64,000 nucleotides of DNA, from assembly GCA_016932045.1 (NCBI GenBank), contig JAFGDO010000030.1:10172-74171 (forward strand), given 5' to 3'. The notes under the pieces were generated by a model, which was not told the origin of the DNA, searched no databases, and was given only the letters and a program-made list of their open reading frames with translations. Within the stretch, counting starts at the first letter, position 1, and every line of letters starts with the position of its first letter. The stretch comes from Candidatus Dojkabacteria bacterium. GTDB lineage: Bacteria; Patescibacteriota; Dojkabacteria; JAHIVN01. The position numbers and the translations under genes are program-made. Positions 17,670 through 27,125 of this stretch are shown piece after piece.

Positions 17670-18072
17670 GAATGTTTTCTAATTCATCAGCATCGCGGAT
17701 TACCCTGTCAAAATATCTCTCCTGCCATATGATATAAATCTCGGGGCACCTCTTCCTAATCTCAAACGTGCTTCTCCCTTTAAACCATCTAAGAATTCGC
17801 CCAAGAGAGATCTTTATTATCTTCATAGGATTATTAGGAATCCCATCAATCCCTCTCCTTCTATCGTGATGAATGAAATTGTTTTCAAATCCTGTAGGAA
17901 CATGATTAATCATGTTCCTACATATTTCAACAATACCATGGATATGATTCGGCATAATGACGTATTCTCCCAGAAACACATTATCAAATTGATTAGGAAT
18001 TCTCTTCCAGATTTCTTTCACAATTTTGCCGATTCGAGACAATTTAATCCGGTTGGAATTAATGCTCCCCAA
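17587..18072 (-). CDS. REP-associated tyrosine transposase (RAYT) / IS200-IS605 TnpA-like HUH Y1 transposase
   Basis: 161 aa. HUH motif MPNHIHGIV, then ...WFKGRS...IWQERYFDRVIRDADELENIREYIRSNP, characteristic of the COG1943 RAYT family. Single copy, no flanking IS ends recognised. Confidence 0.65.
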   Translation of the reverse strand: MGSINSNRIKLSRIGKIVKEIWKRIPNQFDNVFLGEYVIMPNHIHGIVEICRNMINHVPTGFENNFIHHDRRRGIDGIPNNPMKIIKISLGRILRWFKGRSTFEIRKRCPEIYIIWQERYFDRVIRDADELENIREYIRSNPSQWVSDRNYFHSCFKDCRI

Positions 18073-18234
18073 TAGACGCCTACGTTCCCTCGTACATATT
18101 GTCGCAAAATAAAAACCCTCGCCCGAATAATAGTATTCATGTAGACGATATTGTTACTTATATTTATACCCCATATAAAAGAGATAAAATAAATACTTCT
18201 CCTCTGGGGGTTAATAACGGGGAAAAATGTTCAA

Positions 18235-19053
18235 TTATTTATTTGCAGAATCTTCCGCATATTTTATCTGAGGCAATTCCTCAGCTTTTATTCCTTTAAG
18301 AGAATTTCCTTCATACCCTTGTATGATTTTTACACCTTCAATATCAATTGACACCCTGTCTCGTGAAGCCATTATTAGATTGGGTTCTTTCATCTCGCCT
18401 TCTGAGGGCCCTCTGTTTATGAAGCACTTCCTTGCATCCATAATTATAAGATCAGGGCTTATCACCCTGTTTAGTTCACCAATCTTTTCCTGTAACTTTC
18501 TAAAATGCAGCCAAAAACGTTCGTTTGTTTTCATCAAACCAACTGAGAGTTTTAATGCTCCAGTATATTGCGCATATGCATGAGTTTTAAGACAGGGAAG
18601 GAAAATCAGTTTGTCAACTCGATCTAAAATCTCAGGAACTGAAACACATTTTAAGAACTTCCCATTTGGAATCTCTTTCCTTACCCATTTGTGTTCATTA
18701 AGTGCCATGATCTTTGGAGCAGGTTGCATCTTTTTAAAATCAAAGATCTTTAATGTTTCCATAACCTTTCTCGTATTCTGCGAAAACGTACACGAATCAC
18801 CCAATATTACCTCTCTTGGCTTCTGTTCAAAAACAAGCTCGATAACACACCGCAGGAATTCGGGGTCAGAGGAAGCAGGAAAGGGATCGGCTGTATTGAA
18901 GTTAGGTTTTAAAAAAACAGTTTCCCCTTCGCCGATGTAGGAGCCGAATCCGCCAAGAATTTCTACTACTCTTCTTACAGATTCTTTTAAATCACCCGAT
19001 ACTTTTATTTTTGTAACTTTCTTCATGTTGTTTATACACAATATACACAACAC
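18235..19053 (-). CDS. DUF362 domain protein
   Basis: 272 aa. LPCLKTHAYAQYTGALK and LIMASRDRVSIDIEG blocks match the DUF362 family. Paralog of 54269..55369. Confidence 0.55.
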   Translation of the reverse strand: MLCILCINNMKKVTKIKVSGDLKESVRRVVEILGGFGSYIGEGETVFLKPNFNTADPFPASSDPEFLRCVIELVFEQKPREVILGDSCTFSQNTRKVMETLKIFDFKKMQPAPKIMALNEHKWVRKEIPNGKFLKCVSVPEILDRVDKLIFLPCLKTHAYAQYTGALKLSVGLMKTNERFWLHFRKLQEKIGELNRVISPDLIIMDARKCFINRGPSEGEMKEPNLIMASRDRVSIDIEGVKIIQGYEGNSLKGIKAEELPQIKYAEDSANK

Positions 19054-19070
19054 TTACACAAAAGGTCAAC

Positions 19071-20066
19071 CTAAGAAAATGCCCCGGCAAGCTGTCCGCA
19101 TGCTGCCTTTATATCCTGCCCAAAACTAAACCTTTGAACAACATTTATACCTTCTCTCTCAAGTACTGACTTGAATTCTATAATTCTAGATCTTTCCGAA
19201 GGATGGAACTCTCCTACCGGGTTACACGGTATAAGATTTACAAGACACAATTTACCCTTTAACAATCTAGCCAGCTCGAATGCATGTTCTTTTGAATCAT
19301 TAATTTTATCGATAAGAATATATTCGAACATCACTTTTCTTCTCGTCTTTTTGATGTATTCATCAATACTCTTCATAAGTGTGTCAAGGGGATACTTATC
19401 ATTTATCGGCATAAGGCTACTCCTTAGCTCATCAGTTGGCGCATGTAAGGAGATTGCAAGGTTAATCTGAAGACCCTCGTCTGCTAACCTTTTTATACCT
19501 TCAACGATTCCTGATGTCGATATTGAAATTCGTCTTGCTCCAATATTAAAGCTATCCTCATCGTTAATAACCTCGATAGCTTGAATTACATTCTCATAAT
19601 TTAGGAAAGGCTCGCCCATACCCATAAATACGACATTAGTAACTTTTACATTCTTCTTTTTTAGATATCTTGCAAACAATACAACCTGTTCAACTATTTC
19701 ATCCCACTCAAGATTTCTGACAAACCCCATGCGGCCTGTTGCGCAGAAAGTACAGGAGAGGGGACAGCCTACCTGCGTCGAAACACAGACTGTATTCCTA
19801 TCCTTATGCCTCATAAGCACTGTTTCTATCCTCTTATCGTCATTGAGTGTTATAAGAGCCTTTATAGTATTTTCATCTTTTGATTTTAAAAATAATGCTT
19901 TTATATCAAGTGGACACTTCAGTTCTAAATTCTCCCGCAGTTTCTTCGGGAGTGTAGTAGCACTTGTCCAAGTCTCTATAAGGTCAATGAAGATATGGTG
20001 TTTAACCTGCTTCAAGCGATATGAAGGTTCATTTCCAAGCAAGTTGTAAATACTATTAAGTCTCAT
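19071..20066 (-). CDS. rlmN: 23S rRNA (adenine2503-C2)-methyltransferase RlmN / Cfr family radical SAM
   Basis: 331 aa. CPLSCTFCATG CX3CX2C motif, MGMGEP motif, C-terminal conserved Cys. Confidence 0.8.
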   Translation of the reverse strand: MRLNSIYNLLGNEPSYRLKQVKHHIFIDLIETWTSATTLPKKLRENLELKCPLDIKALFLKSKDENTIKALITLNDDKRIETVLMRHKDRNTVCVSTQVGCPLSCTFCATGRMGFVRNLEWDEIVEQVVLFARYLKKKNVKVTNVVFMGMGEPFLNYENVIQAIEVINDEDSFNIGARRISISTSGIVEGIKRLADEGLQINLAISLHAPTDELRSSLMPINDKYPLDTLMKSIDEYIKKTRRKVMFEYILIDKINDSKEHAFELARLLKGKLCLVNLIPCNPVGEFHPSERSRIIEFKSVLEREGINVVQRFSFGQDIKAACGQLAGAFS

Positions 20067-20220
20067 TGAGAATATTACCTAGTCCTTGATCTAATATATC
20101 TTCACGTCTAGATAAATTTAATCACAAAGCACAAGTCTAAGCAAAGATAATATGCTACGGGTATTTTAATGCTAAACTATATGCTGTGATCTTGCTATAA
20201 TAAATCATTGAAATGTTACC

Positions 20221-20688
20221 ATGCAGTTAATGGCGATCTCAAAACAGGAAATGATCAGTTCAATTTACAAAAGGTATGGGATATTGTTTCAAACTGAAAC
20301 AAAGGAAAAAGACTTACTAGATGTTTATGCCGGGAAATATACTCTTGTCGAGGTTGTAAACATTGCAAAAAGAGGCAAACCAGACAAGTTTAATGCTTCA
20401 GACCTATCTACTATCTCAACAAATGAACTTAGAAGGCTTGCAGTGAAGTATTCCAAAAGAACGATTCCTCCCTCCATAAGCAGAAAAACAGTAATAGATA
20501 TACTTCTCAAGAAGATAAATCCGGATAAACTGCCAGAAGAAGAGTTACAAGTCTTCGGTAAAAAAGGCCGATCATCACTTACGAACGCAGTTGACATGTA
20601 TGCAGGATGGATACCAAAGATTAAAAGAAAACTGAAGGACAAAGACATACACAGAGGAAAAAGAGAAGCTCGAAGGTATAGAAAATAG
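20221..20688 (+). CDS. hypothetical basic protein
   Basis: 155 aa complete ORF, Lys/Arg-rich C-terminus. No motif recognised. Confidence 0.35.
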   Translation: MQLMAISKQEMISSIYKRYGILFQTETKEKDLLDVYAGKYTLVEVVNIAKRGKPDKFNASDLSTISTNELRRLAVKYSKRTIPPSISRKTVIDILLKKINPDKLPEEELQVFGKKGRSSLTNAVDMYAGWIPKIKRKLKDKDIHRGKREARRYRK

Positions 20689-20787
20689 AAATGAGAAAGT
20701 TATTACTGGTTAAGATAATAGAAATAGGAAAATTGTTGATACAAAACAGATTTTTTGAGAAGCTATTTATTCCTGTCTAATTTCCCC

Positions 20788-20877
20788 TTTCCTATTTCTT
20801 TACAAGTAACTAATTTCGTATTTCCAATCTCCTTACCAGTAACCAATTTCAAACTTCCAATCTCTTTACATCATTGC
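20788..20877. repeat. 33-bp imperfect tandem repeat x2.5 (TTTCC(T/A)AT(T/C)TC(T/C)TTAC(A/C)AGTAAC(T/C)AATTTC...)
   Basis: Direct repeats read from the sequence. The last partial unit overlaps the gdhA stop. Confidence 0.5.
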
Positions 20878-22116
20878 ATCAACAACTTTTTTCACAGCAA
20901 GAGCGTAGGCTCCCATCCTCATATCAGCCTTGTATTTCTTCATAGCTTCCCATGTCTGCTCGAAAGCACTCACCATCTTTTCTTTTAATTTGCCAAATAC
21001 TTCTTCTTTGCTCCATTTCTCACTTCTTTTATTCTGCATCCATTCAAAATAAGAAACGGTAACTCCACCTGCATTTGCAAGAACATCCGGCACAACAATG
21101 ATATTCTTCTTACTCAGTATAATGTCTGCATCAGGTGTTGTTGGCCCATTCGCCATTTCTATGATGTACCTTGCTTTTATATCCTTTGCATTCTCTTCGG
21201 TAATAACGTTTTCAATCGCCGAGGGAACAAGCACGTCAACATCCAGCTTAAGTAGCTCATCGTTTGTGATTTTCTCTCCCCCCTTCCATGTCTCAAATGA
21301 ACCATCCTTTTCCTTAGACTTCATAGCTTTGTCAATATCAAGTCCCTCTTTTCTATAGACAGCACTTTTAGAATCGCTAATGGCCACGACTTTGAATCCA
21401 ATCTCTTGGGCAAGTTTTGCAAAATAGTATCCAACGTTTCCCGCCCCCTGAACAGCAACTGTAGTCTTCTCTGGTATCAAATCTTCTTTCTTCGCAAGGC
21501 TTTCAAGTACATACACTCCTCCCAATCCGGTAGCCTCAGTTCTGCCTTCTGATCCACCAGCTTCAACTGGTTTTCCCGTAAATGTTGCCAACATTTCATC
21601 CCCACTATTTTTCATTTTTAATTCTTCATTCTTTATTTTGATATACTCCTCCACCATCCACTCCATGATTTCGGGCGTTGTATACATATCTGGTGCAGGA
21701 ACATCCTTTTCTGGACCAATACAATCATGAATAGCGCGGACAAATGCACGTGATAAATTCTCCAGTTCCTGCTCTGATAACTTCTTCGTATCAACAGCTA
21801 CTCCGCCTTTTCCTCCCCCGTAAGGAATATCAGCAATAGCACACTTCCAAGTCATCCACATGGAAAGAGCTTTTACCTCAGCTTCATTTACTTCAGGACT
21901 GAATCTCAGCCCTCCTTTATAAGGACCACGGGCATTATTGTGTTGGGATCTGAATCCTGTGAAAATCTTCACACTACCATCATCCATTCTTACTGGCAAA
22001 TTCACTTCTATAAATCTTTCGGGAACTGATAATCTTTGAACAACTTCAGAATCAAGTTTTAGAATTTTTGCCACATTCTCAAGTTGTTTTACAGCATTCT
22101 CATATGGATTGTTCAC
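20866..22116 (-). CDS. gdhA: NAD(P)-specific glutamate dehydrogenase
   Basis: 416 aa. PYGGGKGG motif and GAGNVG Rossmann motif. Confidence 0.9.
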   Translation of the reverse strand: MNNPYENAVKQLENVAKILKLDSEVVQRLSVPERFIEVNLPVRMDDGSVKIFTGFRSQHNNARGPYKGGLRFSPEVNEAEVKALSMWMTWKCAIADIPYGGGKGGVAVDTKKLSEQELENLSRAFVRAIHDCIGPEKDVPAPDMYTTPEIMEWMVEEYIKIKNEELKMKNSGDEMLATFTGKPVEAGGSEGRTEATGLGGVYVLESLAKKEDLIPEKTTVAVQGAGNVGYYFAKLAQEIGFKVVAISDSKSAVYRKEGLDIDKAMKSKEKDGSFETWKGGEKITNDELLKLDVDVLVPSAIENVITEENAKDIKARYIIEMANGPTTPDADIILSKKNIIVVPDVLANAGGVTVSYFEWMQNKRSEKWSKEEVFGKLKEKMVSAFEQTWEAMKKYKADMRMGAYALAVKKVVDAMM

Positions 22117-22226
22117 AGATACAAGCTAAAAAATTTAGTATTCAAAATTTATCACAAACGGGAAATAATACAAGATGCGGAAAGTAAAAGGTAAGAAGTA
22201 GATAGTATCAGTCAAATACCCAAATT

Positions 22227-22346
22227 ATCAATCTACAATCGTAAATTAAAAATTAGCAATGCAGCTATTCGCTCTCTGCCTCCAGCCTTCAGCTATCTAA
22301 CTATATCCCGCTCGAGGCGAATCCGACTAGGACGGAAACTATGCAG
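22227..22346 (+). repeat. composite dispersed intergenic element, copy c (inverted relative to copies a and b)
   Basis: AATCTACAATCGTAAATTAAAAATTA module at 22227..22257 and GC-rich double hairpin ...CGCTCGAGGCG...CCGACTAGGACGGAAACTATG at 22290..22346. Confidence 0.55.
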
Positions 22347-22383
22347 TAATTCTTCTGCTTCACTGCTTATCTGTTTGCTGTTA

Positions 22384-23427
22384 CTACTCCATAAACCAAG
22401 GCAGTCCATACTCATTTATGTAGCATAACCTTGTGTCTTCATCAGTTGAACACCACCAGTACTCAATATCTCCATTCGGATAACTGCAGCCATTCTCTGC
22501 CCAGAACGAAGTCATACCTTCCACCTGGTAAATTACGCATGCTTTTTGTGCCTCAGGCGCATCGTCAAACCAGAACTCAAGGTCCCCATTTGGATAGTCG
22601 CAGTCAAGCTGATATACACAACTCAAATCATAGTTATCATAATAATCATAGTCATAAGAGTCATCATAATAGTAGTCTTCCGGATAAAGAAAATCTGGCA
22701 TACCATATGTCCAGACATAGCAATCACGCACCTGATCTGAAACAGTCCACCACCAAGTCTCAATATCACCATTTGGGAACGTACATGCATCATCGCTATA
22801 CCAGTATGAACTTTCCCAATCGCCTTCATATAAAAAGCTTGGTAGTCCATATAGATATGTATAGCAATTCCTCATATCTTCAGATACACTGTACCACCAT
22901 GTTTCAACATCGCCATTCGGAAAAGTACATACATCTGAACTATACCAATCAGGGTTAGCCCATGCATCCTGATCCCACGTGTATCCATACAAAAAAGATG
23001 GATAGCCATTCTTTTCAATATAATTTTGACGCTGTTCATCAGTTGCCGTCCACCACCATGTTTCAACATCTCCTGTGGGATATTTCTTAAGGCTTGTATT
23101 CTCTTCTAAATACTCATCCCAAACCCAGTTACCTTCATCATAATAATTCTGTGCGAATTCCGGCAAAGAGCCCATAAATCCGCATATAGCTACACTTGAA
23201 CAGCAGCAAAGCAAAAGAACTCCTATAGCTGCAACTATAAGGAAAATAATTAAACAAGAGTTGCTCGACTTTTGCTGAATAACTACAGGCTGCGGAGCAG
23301 CTGCTGGTTGTACGTACTGTACTTGCGGTTGAGGCTGCTGCTGAACCTGTTGAGCCTGGACCGGCTGTTGGACTACCTGAGGTTCTGGACTTGCAGTCTC
23401 AGTCTCCTTTACTTTCTTTTTGGGCAT
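22384..23427 (-). CDS. membrane protein with Gln/Pro-rich N-terminus, TM, and five Trp-rich repeats of about 42 aa (C.FPNGD(I/V)E(T/Y)WWW..SD..R.CY...YG.P.FLY)
   Basis: 347 aa. Repeats counted by eye. Single TM (LIIFLIVAAIGVLLL). Confidence 0.5.
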   Translation of the reverse strand: MPKKKVKETETASPEPQVVQQPVQAQQVQQQPQPQVQYVQPAAAPQPVVIQQKSSNSCLIIFLIVAAIGVLLLCCCSSVAICGFMGSLPEFAQNYYDEGNWVWDEYLEENTSLKKYPTGDVETWWWTATDEQRQNYIEKNGYPSFLYGYTWDQDAWANPDWYSSDVCTFPNGDVETWWYSVSEDMRNCYTYLYGLPSFLYEGDWESSYWYSDDACTFPNGDIETWWWTVSDQVRDCYVWTYGMPDFLYPEDYYYDDSYDYDYYDNYDLSCVYQLDCDYPNGDLEFWFDDAPEAQKACVIYQVEGMTSFWAENGCSYPNGDIEYWWCSTDEDTRLCYINEYGLPWFME

Positions 23428-23514
23428 GGAAATTAACTAAAAAGTTAACTGATATATACAAATCATAATAAGGGAAAAAAAGCGGGAAGTAAAGATAGTA
23501 GAATAAGAGGCAAA

Positions 23515-23847
23515 TCAGGAATCGATATGTCTTTTTGATTCAGCAAGTTTATTCCAGACTCTCTCTAAAGTAGCACTCGGAACAATCGGTAGTTCCACCC
23601 CTGTAATCATCCAGAATATTTCAGCAGTTAACCAAAGTAAGTCGCCTAGTTCTACTTTAGCATGTTCTCTGCTTGTTTCAGTTGACTGACCATGCTTTAC
23701 ATAAGGCTTATCACCATCTAACCACAAACTTATAACTTCAAATATGTGAGAAAACCAGGACTTAATTCTAGGCAGCATTTTCCCATGCCAACGGTCATAT
23801 TGTGGGATAAATTCTTTGTGGATTTTAGAGATGGTAAGATTTGTCAT
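23515..23847 (-). CDS. possible MazG-like nucleotide pyrophosphohydrolase (all-alpha NTP-PPase)
   Basis: 110 aa. EHAKVELGDLLWLTAEIF resembles the E..E..GDLL block of MazG/YpjD-like proteins. Weak. Confidence 0.3.
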   Translation of the reverse strand: MTNLTISKIHKEFIPQYDRWHGKMLPRIKSWFSHIFEVISLWLDGDKPYVKHGQSTETSREHAKVELGDLLWLTAEIFWMITGVELPIVPSATLERVWNKLAESKRHIDS

Positions 23848-23892
23848 TGAAGGAAAAACTGGTAGTATCCCCTTAATTATGAAGTAAACGTA

Positions 23893-24363
23893 CTATGACA
23901 CTAAAATGCTTTTCCTGGGGAATTTAACTTGCATTCCCCCATCTAATTTCAGTTTTAACATCTGATACTTGTCTCTACTTAAAGCACTAGTATTCCAAGC
24001 TAGATCGGGATATCTGTCCATGAATGACTTGAAACTTTCGTCAATTACAAACTCAGCATGTTCAAAACCAGATACTACTCTCTCCCCTTTTTCAGGAGCT
24101 ATCAACTCAACAGCGGAAATCCTATACTGCTTGTAAGGTAACTCTTTATGAAGTTTAAAGACACCAACTCTTCTTCCCCCAACTATGACCTCTCTTACTT
24201 CTTTGCCAATTTTCATAAACTGAGGTTTTAAATCATCATATTCCTCGTCTGAAGCTACCTTATAGGCAATATGATCTAACTTGAAATCGGAAACATCTAT
24301 TTCTAACGAGTTTAGTTCAGAAAACAACTTATCAAGAAAATTTTTATAATCTGAAAGAATCAT
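23893..24363 (-). CDS. hypothetical protein, possibly VOC (glyoxalase-like) fold
   Basis: 156 aa. LDHIAYKV and GFEHAEFV pairs reminiscent of a metal-binding VOC/YecM fold. Weak. Confidence 0.3.
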   Translation of the reverse strand: MILSDYKNFLDKLFSELNSLEIDVSDFKLDHIAYKVASDEEYDDLKPQFMKIGKEVREVIVGGRRVGVFKLHKELPYKQYRISAVELIAPEKGERVVSGFEHAEFVIDESFKSFMDRYPDLAWNTSALSRDKYQMLKLKLDGGMQVKFPRKSILVS

Positions 24364-24385
24364 ATTCGAATGACAAATTAAAAGC

Positions 24386-24814
24386 TTAGTACTGAATTCT
24401 ATCTAGCACTCCTTCACCTATCTTCACAAGAAGTTCTTCAAAACTAGCGCCACCATCGAAAAGATCCTCTTTCATGCTGACAGGATCCACCATCATATAT
24501 CTATATGGCTGCTTTCTTAGATCAATTCCATATTTAAATCCCCCTTGATTTGAACCAACAACAAGAATATCAGGGAGCTCTATATCAAACTTATATCCAT
24601 GATTCTTATCGATAACTTCTTCTGCTTTCCAAAGCTCAAACCAACCGTTTTCACCTACCGCACCAACAAATCCGTTCGTATGTAAGAGTACATCCTTATA
24701 ATCTTTGGGAAGTTTTTTGTCGATCTTATCTTCTAAATCTTTAATTACTTGAATATTTGCTGGCTCTTGCTTTTCGACCTTTTGAAGGAGATTTATAATT
24801 GCTTCTGATATCAT
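24386..24814 (-). CDS. SMI1/KNR4 (SUKH-1) family protein
   Basis: 142 aa. LPKDYKDVLLHTNGF...W...IGEG. pattern typical of SUKH-1 immunity-type proteins. Confidence 0.5.
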   Translation of the reverse strand: MISEAIINLLQKVEKQEPANIQVIKDLEDKIDKKLPKDYKDVLLHTNGFVGAVGENGWFELWKAEEVIDKNHGYKFDIELPDILVVGSNQGGFKYGIDLRKQPYRYMMVDPVSMKEDLFDGGASFEELLVKIGEGVLDRIQY

Positions 24815-24865
24815 GAATAGACTATTATTATTTTAAATGAATATCTTTGATAAACAATTTTTTAC

Positions 24866-25843
24866 TTAATTTGAATTACTACTTTTAAAATCCTTGTAGT
24901 TATCATCAAAACCTATGGCAAAATCCGCCATACCTATCCCCTCTCCCTTCTTGTCCCAGTCAATCTCGGGAACTTCAAAGTTAGGAACTCTAAAGTTTTG
25001 GATTCTTTCATAGTCCCAATCTTCCATTGTAAAGCTATTTGCTTCCCAGTTTTCATCAATATGGGCCTTTGAAGTGGACATTACCATCGGCTTACATTCT
25101 AAATGAGCTATCCAATTAAGTATTATCTGATTTTGAGTTTTTTTATATTTCTTAGAAAGTTCAACAAGTAAATCCCAAGAATATTTTGAGGACATATTTC
25201 TTCTTAATGGTCTCCAAATTATATTTACAATTCCAAGCTTATCACAAGTATCAAATATTCCCGCATCCTGATTAATTCTTACTTCAAAACTAAGATGTGT
25301 CTCGTGTGCAAAAAGGCTGTCTCCAAATTCTTTCTTGAATTTCTTTATAAAATTCTTACCTGCGTTCGAAAGACTTACAAAGCGAGTACGTCCTGATTCC
25401 AAAAGCTTGTGTAACATACTTACTATTTTGTCATAACCATATTTGATTGTAAGCGATTGAGTAACAAGCGTAGAATCAAAATAGTCGGTATCAAATATCC
25501 TATGCATTTCATCAACATCTCTTTCGACTTCGTTAGGTAAGTTAAAATCCCTTGGATATAGAGAGTTTGTTATGAAAAGTTTAGTTCTATCAATGCCAAA
25601 ACCTTTCATTGCTTCAGAGAATAATCTACAAGCATTCCCGTGGCCATAGCCTAAGGAGATTTCTGTAAAATTATAACCACGCTTAAATTGGTATTGAAGA
25701 GAATCTATGTATATTCGATCCGACTTCTTTTCAGTAAGAGAAACATCACGATGCCCCCTTCCACCAATACCATAACTGCCTATCCCAATCCAAGACAAAG
25801 ACTCTCCTGAAACTGTTTTGGATTTTTTACTTAGATCTGTCAT
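24866..25843 (-). CDS. aldo/keto reductase family oxidoreductase
   Basis: 325 aa. N-terminal IGIGSYGIGG, internal and C-terminal blocks (NQIILNWIAHLE...STSKAHIDEN) fit the AKR fold. Confidence 0.5.
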   Translation of the reverse strand: MTDLSKKSKTVSGESLSWIGIGSYGIGGRGHRDVSLTEKKSDRIYIDSLQYQFKRGYNFTEISLGYGHGNACRLFSEAMKGFGIDRTKLFITNSLYPRDFNLPNEVERDVDEMHRIFDTDYFDSTLVTQSLTIKYGYDKIVSMLHKLLESGRTRFVSLSNAGKNFIKKFKKEFGDSLFAHETHLSFEVRINQDAGIFDTCDKLGIVNIIWRPLRRNMSSKYSWDLLVELSKKYKKTQNQIILNWIAHLECKPMVMSTSKAHIDENWEANSFTMEDWDYERIQNFRVPNFEVPEIDWDKKGEGIGMADFAIGFDDNYKDFKSSNSN

Positions 25844-26050
25844 ACGTCAAACAAACAATAATAAGTCGGGGTGACCCGACTTGCTCAAGGCAAGACTTGA
25901 CGACGCTAAGTTAACGAAAACAGAGTCAAAGCTTAACCTAGTCCACCGTAGCTTTAGCGTAGGTAGAAACCGGCGACCTCCCCGTACAAAGCTCACTCTG
26001 TTCGCTTATACGGGGCAAGCACGCACCCTTTTGCACCTTTTCACTTTAAA

Positions 26051-26124
26051 ATCGGAGTGGTGGGATTTGAACCCACGACCCCGCGCACCCCATGCGCGTG
26101 CGCTAGCCACCTGCGCCACACTCC
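26051..26124 (-). tRNA. tRNA-Pro (anticodon GGG)
   Basis: 74-nt cloverleaf. Acceptor CGGAGTG/CACTCCG, D-arm GCGC-AGGTGGCTA-GCGC, anticodon stem CGCGC/GCGCG with loop ATGGGGT, T-arm GTGGG-TTCAAAT-CCCAC. CCA not encoded. Confidence 0.8.
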
Positions 26125-26200
26125 GATCGCACCTTTATCCTGTATACATTGAGCGAAGCTAAATGTTATACAGGACCATGCGTGCGCGCTAAACCAACTG

Positions 26201-26401
26201 CGCCGATCTCCGTACTTCGACAAGCTCAGTACTAGATTATAAAATATTGCTTACCTTTTTAAATATGCCATTGCCCTGAGTTCACCGAAGGGCGCCAATC
26301 CCCGTACTTCGACAAGCTCAGTACTAGATTATAAAATATTGCTTACCTTTTTAAATATACCCTTGCCCTGAGTTCACCGATGGACACCAATCCCCGTCTC
26401 C
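26201..26401. repeat. 91-bp tandem direct repeat, 2.2 copies, upstream of tRNA-Pro
   Basis: 26201..26291 and 26292..26383 are about 93% identical, with a partial third unit to 26401. Each unit carries a TATAAT-like box oriented toward the tRNA. Confidence 0.7.
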
Positions 26402-26426
26402 CAAAGACTATCATATCCTGGAACAA

Positions 26427-27125
26427 CTACTTTCTATATATCAATTTTAAAAATTGCACAAAAAAGAAGTAACTGTAAATAGCTGCAATAAAACCAGCTA
26501 CTACTAAAATAAGTCCATAGATAACATACGCATTCCCTACAAGTACAGTAGCAAGAAATAATAGTCCTCCGGCAACCATAAACGGCACCATCCCCTTAAA
26601 AGTATCTAGCATTATTTTATCAAAATACTCTAAAATCTCAGTCTCTTGTTTAATAATTCTTTCGGATTTTTTCCAAAATAAGCTAAAAGCGAAAACTAAG
26701 AAAAATAAATTAAGAATATAAAACTCCAATATAGCATGATCAATCGAAGACTTTTTTACAAAAGTAATCAGAAGTACACTTGATATCCAAGAAATAATAT
26801 TGATTATGAAAGCCAGTACAAATGAAATTTCGAAATAAATAAATTTTTCGTTAAGCTTAAGGGATTTCATTCTGTAGAAAAGAAAAAGGCTGAAAGAAAC
26901 CAAAAGAGCAACAAAGGACGAAACAAATGACAGAAAGAATTCTTTGCCGAAAACCGGTCCCTTTCCCTCGTCTCCTAAGAAGTTTATTTCAAACTCATTC
27001 TTGAAACTAAAGATCAAAACCAGAAAAAGGATAAAGATTATGACAGAAAATACAAATCCTGAATTGATTTTTCCAAGATTAAAATTCTTTGCCGGCTTTT
27101 TAAATTTTTTCGACTTTTTACTCAT
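26427..27125 (-). CDS. hypothetical polytopic membrane protein
   Basis: 232 aa, 5-6 hydrophobic helices, basic N-terminus. Confidence 0.4.
   Translation of the reverse strand: MSKKSKKFKKPAKNFNLGKINSGFVFSVIIFILFLVLIFSFKNEFEINFLGDEGKGPVFGKEFFLSFVSSFVALLVSFSLFLFYRMKSLKLNEKFIYFEISFVLAFIINIISWISSVLLITFVKKSSIDHAILEFYILNLFFLVFAFSLFWKKSERIIKQETEILEYFDKIMLDTFKGMVPFMVAGGLLFLATVLVGNAYVIYGLILVVAGFIAAIYSYFFFVQFLKLIYRK

Noticed and set aside
22431-23069. Plus-strand ORFs (175, 64, 75, 65 aa) inside the Trp-repeat gene
   Set aside because: Antisense to a coherent repeat protein. His/Asn-rich junk translations.
25881-26223. ORFs of 93 aa and 60 aa overlapping tRNA-Pro and its flank
   Set aside because: They overlap a confidently folded tRNA and a tandem repeat. 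No coding signal.
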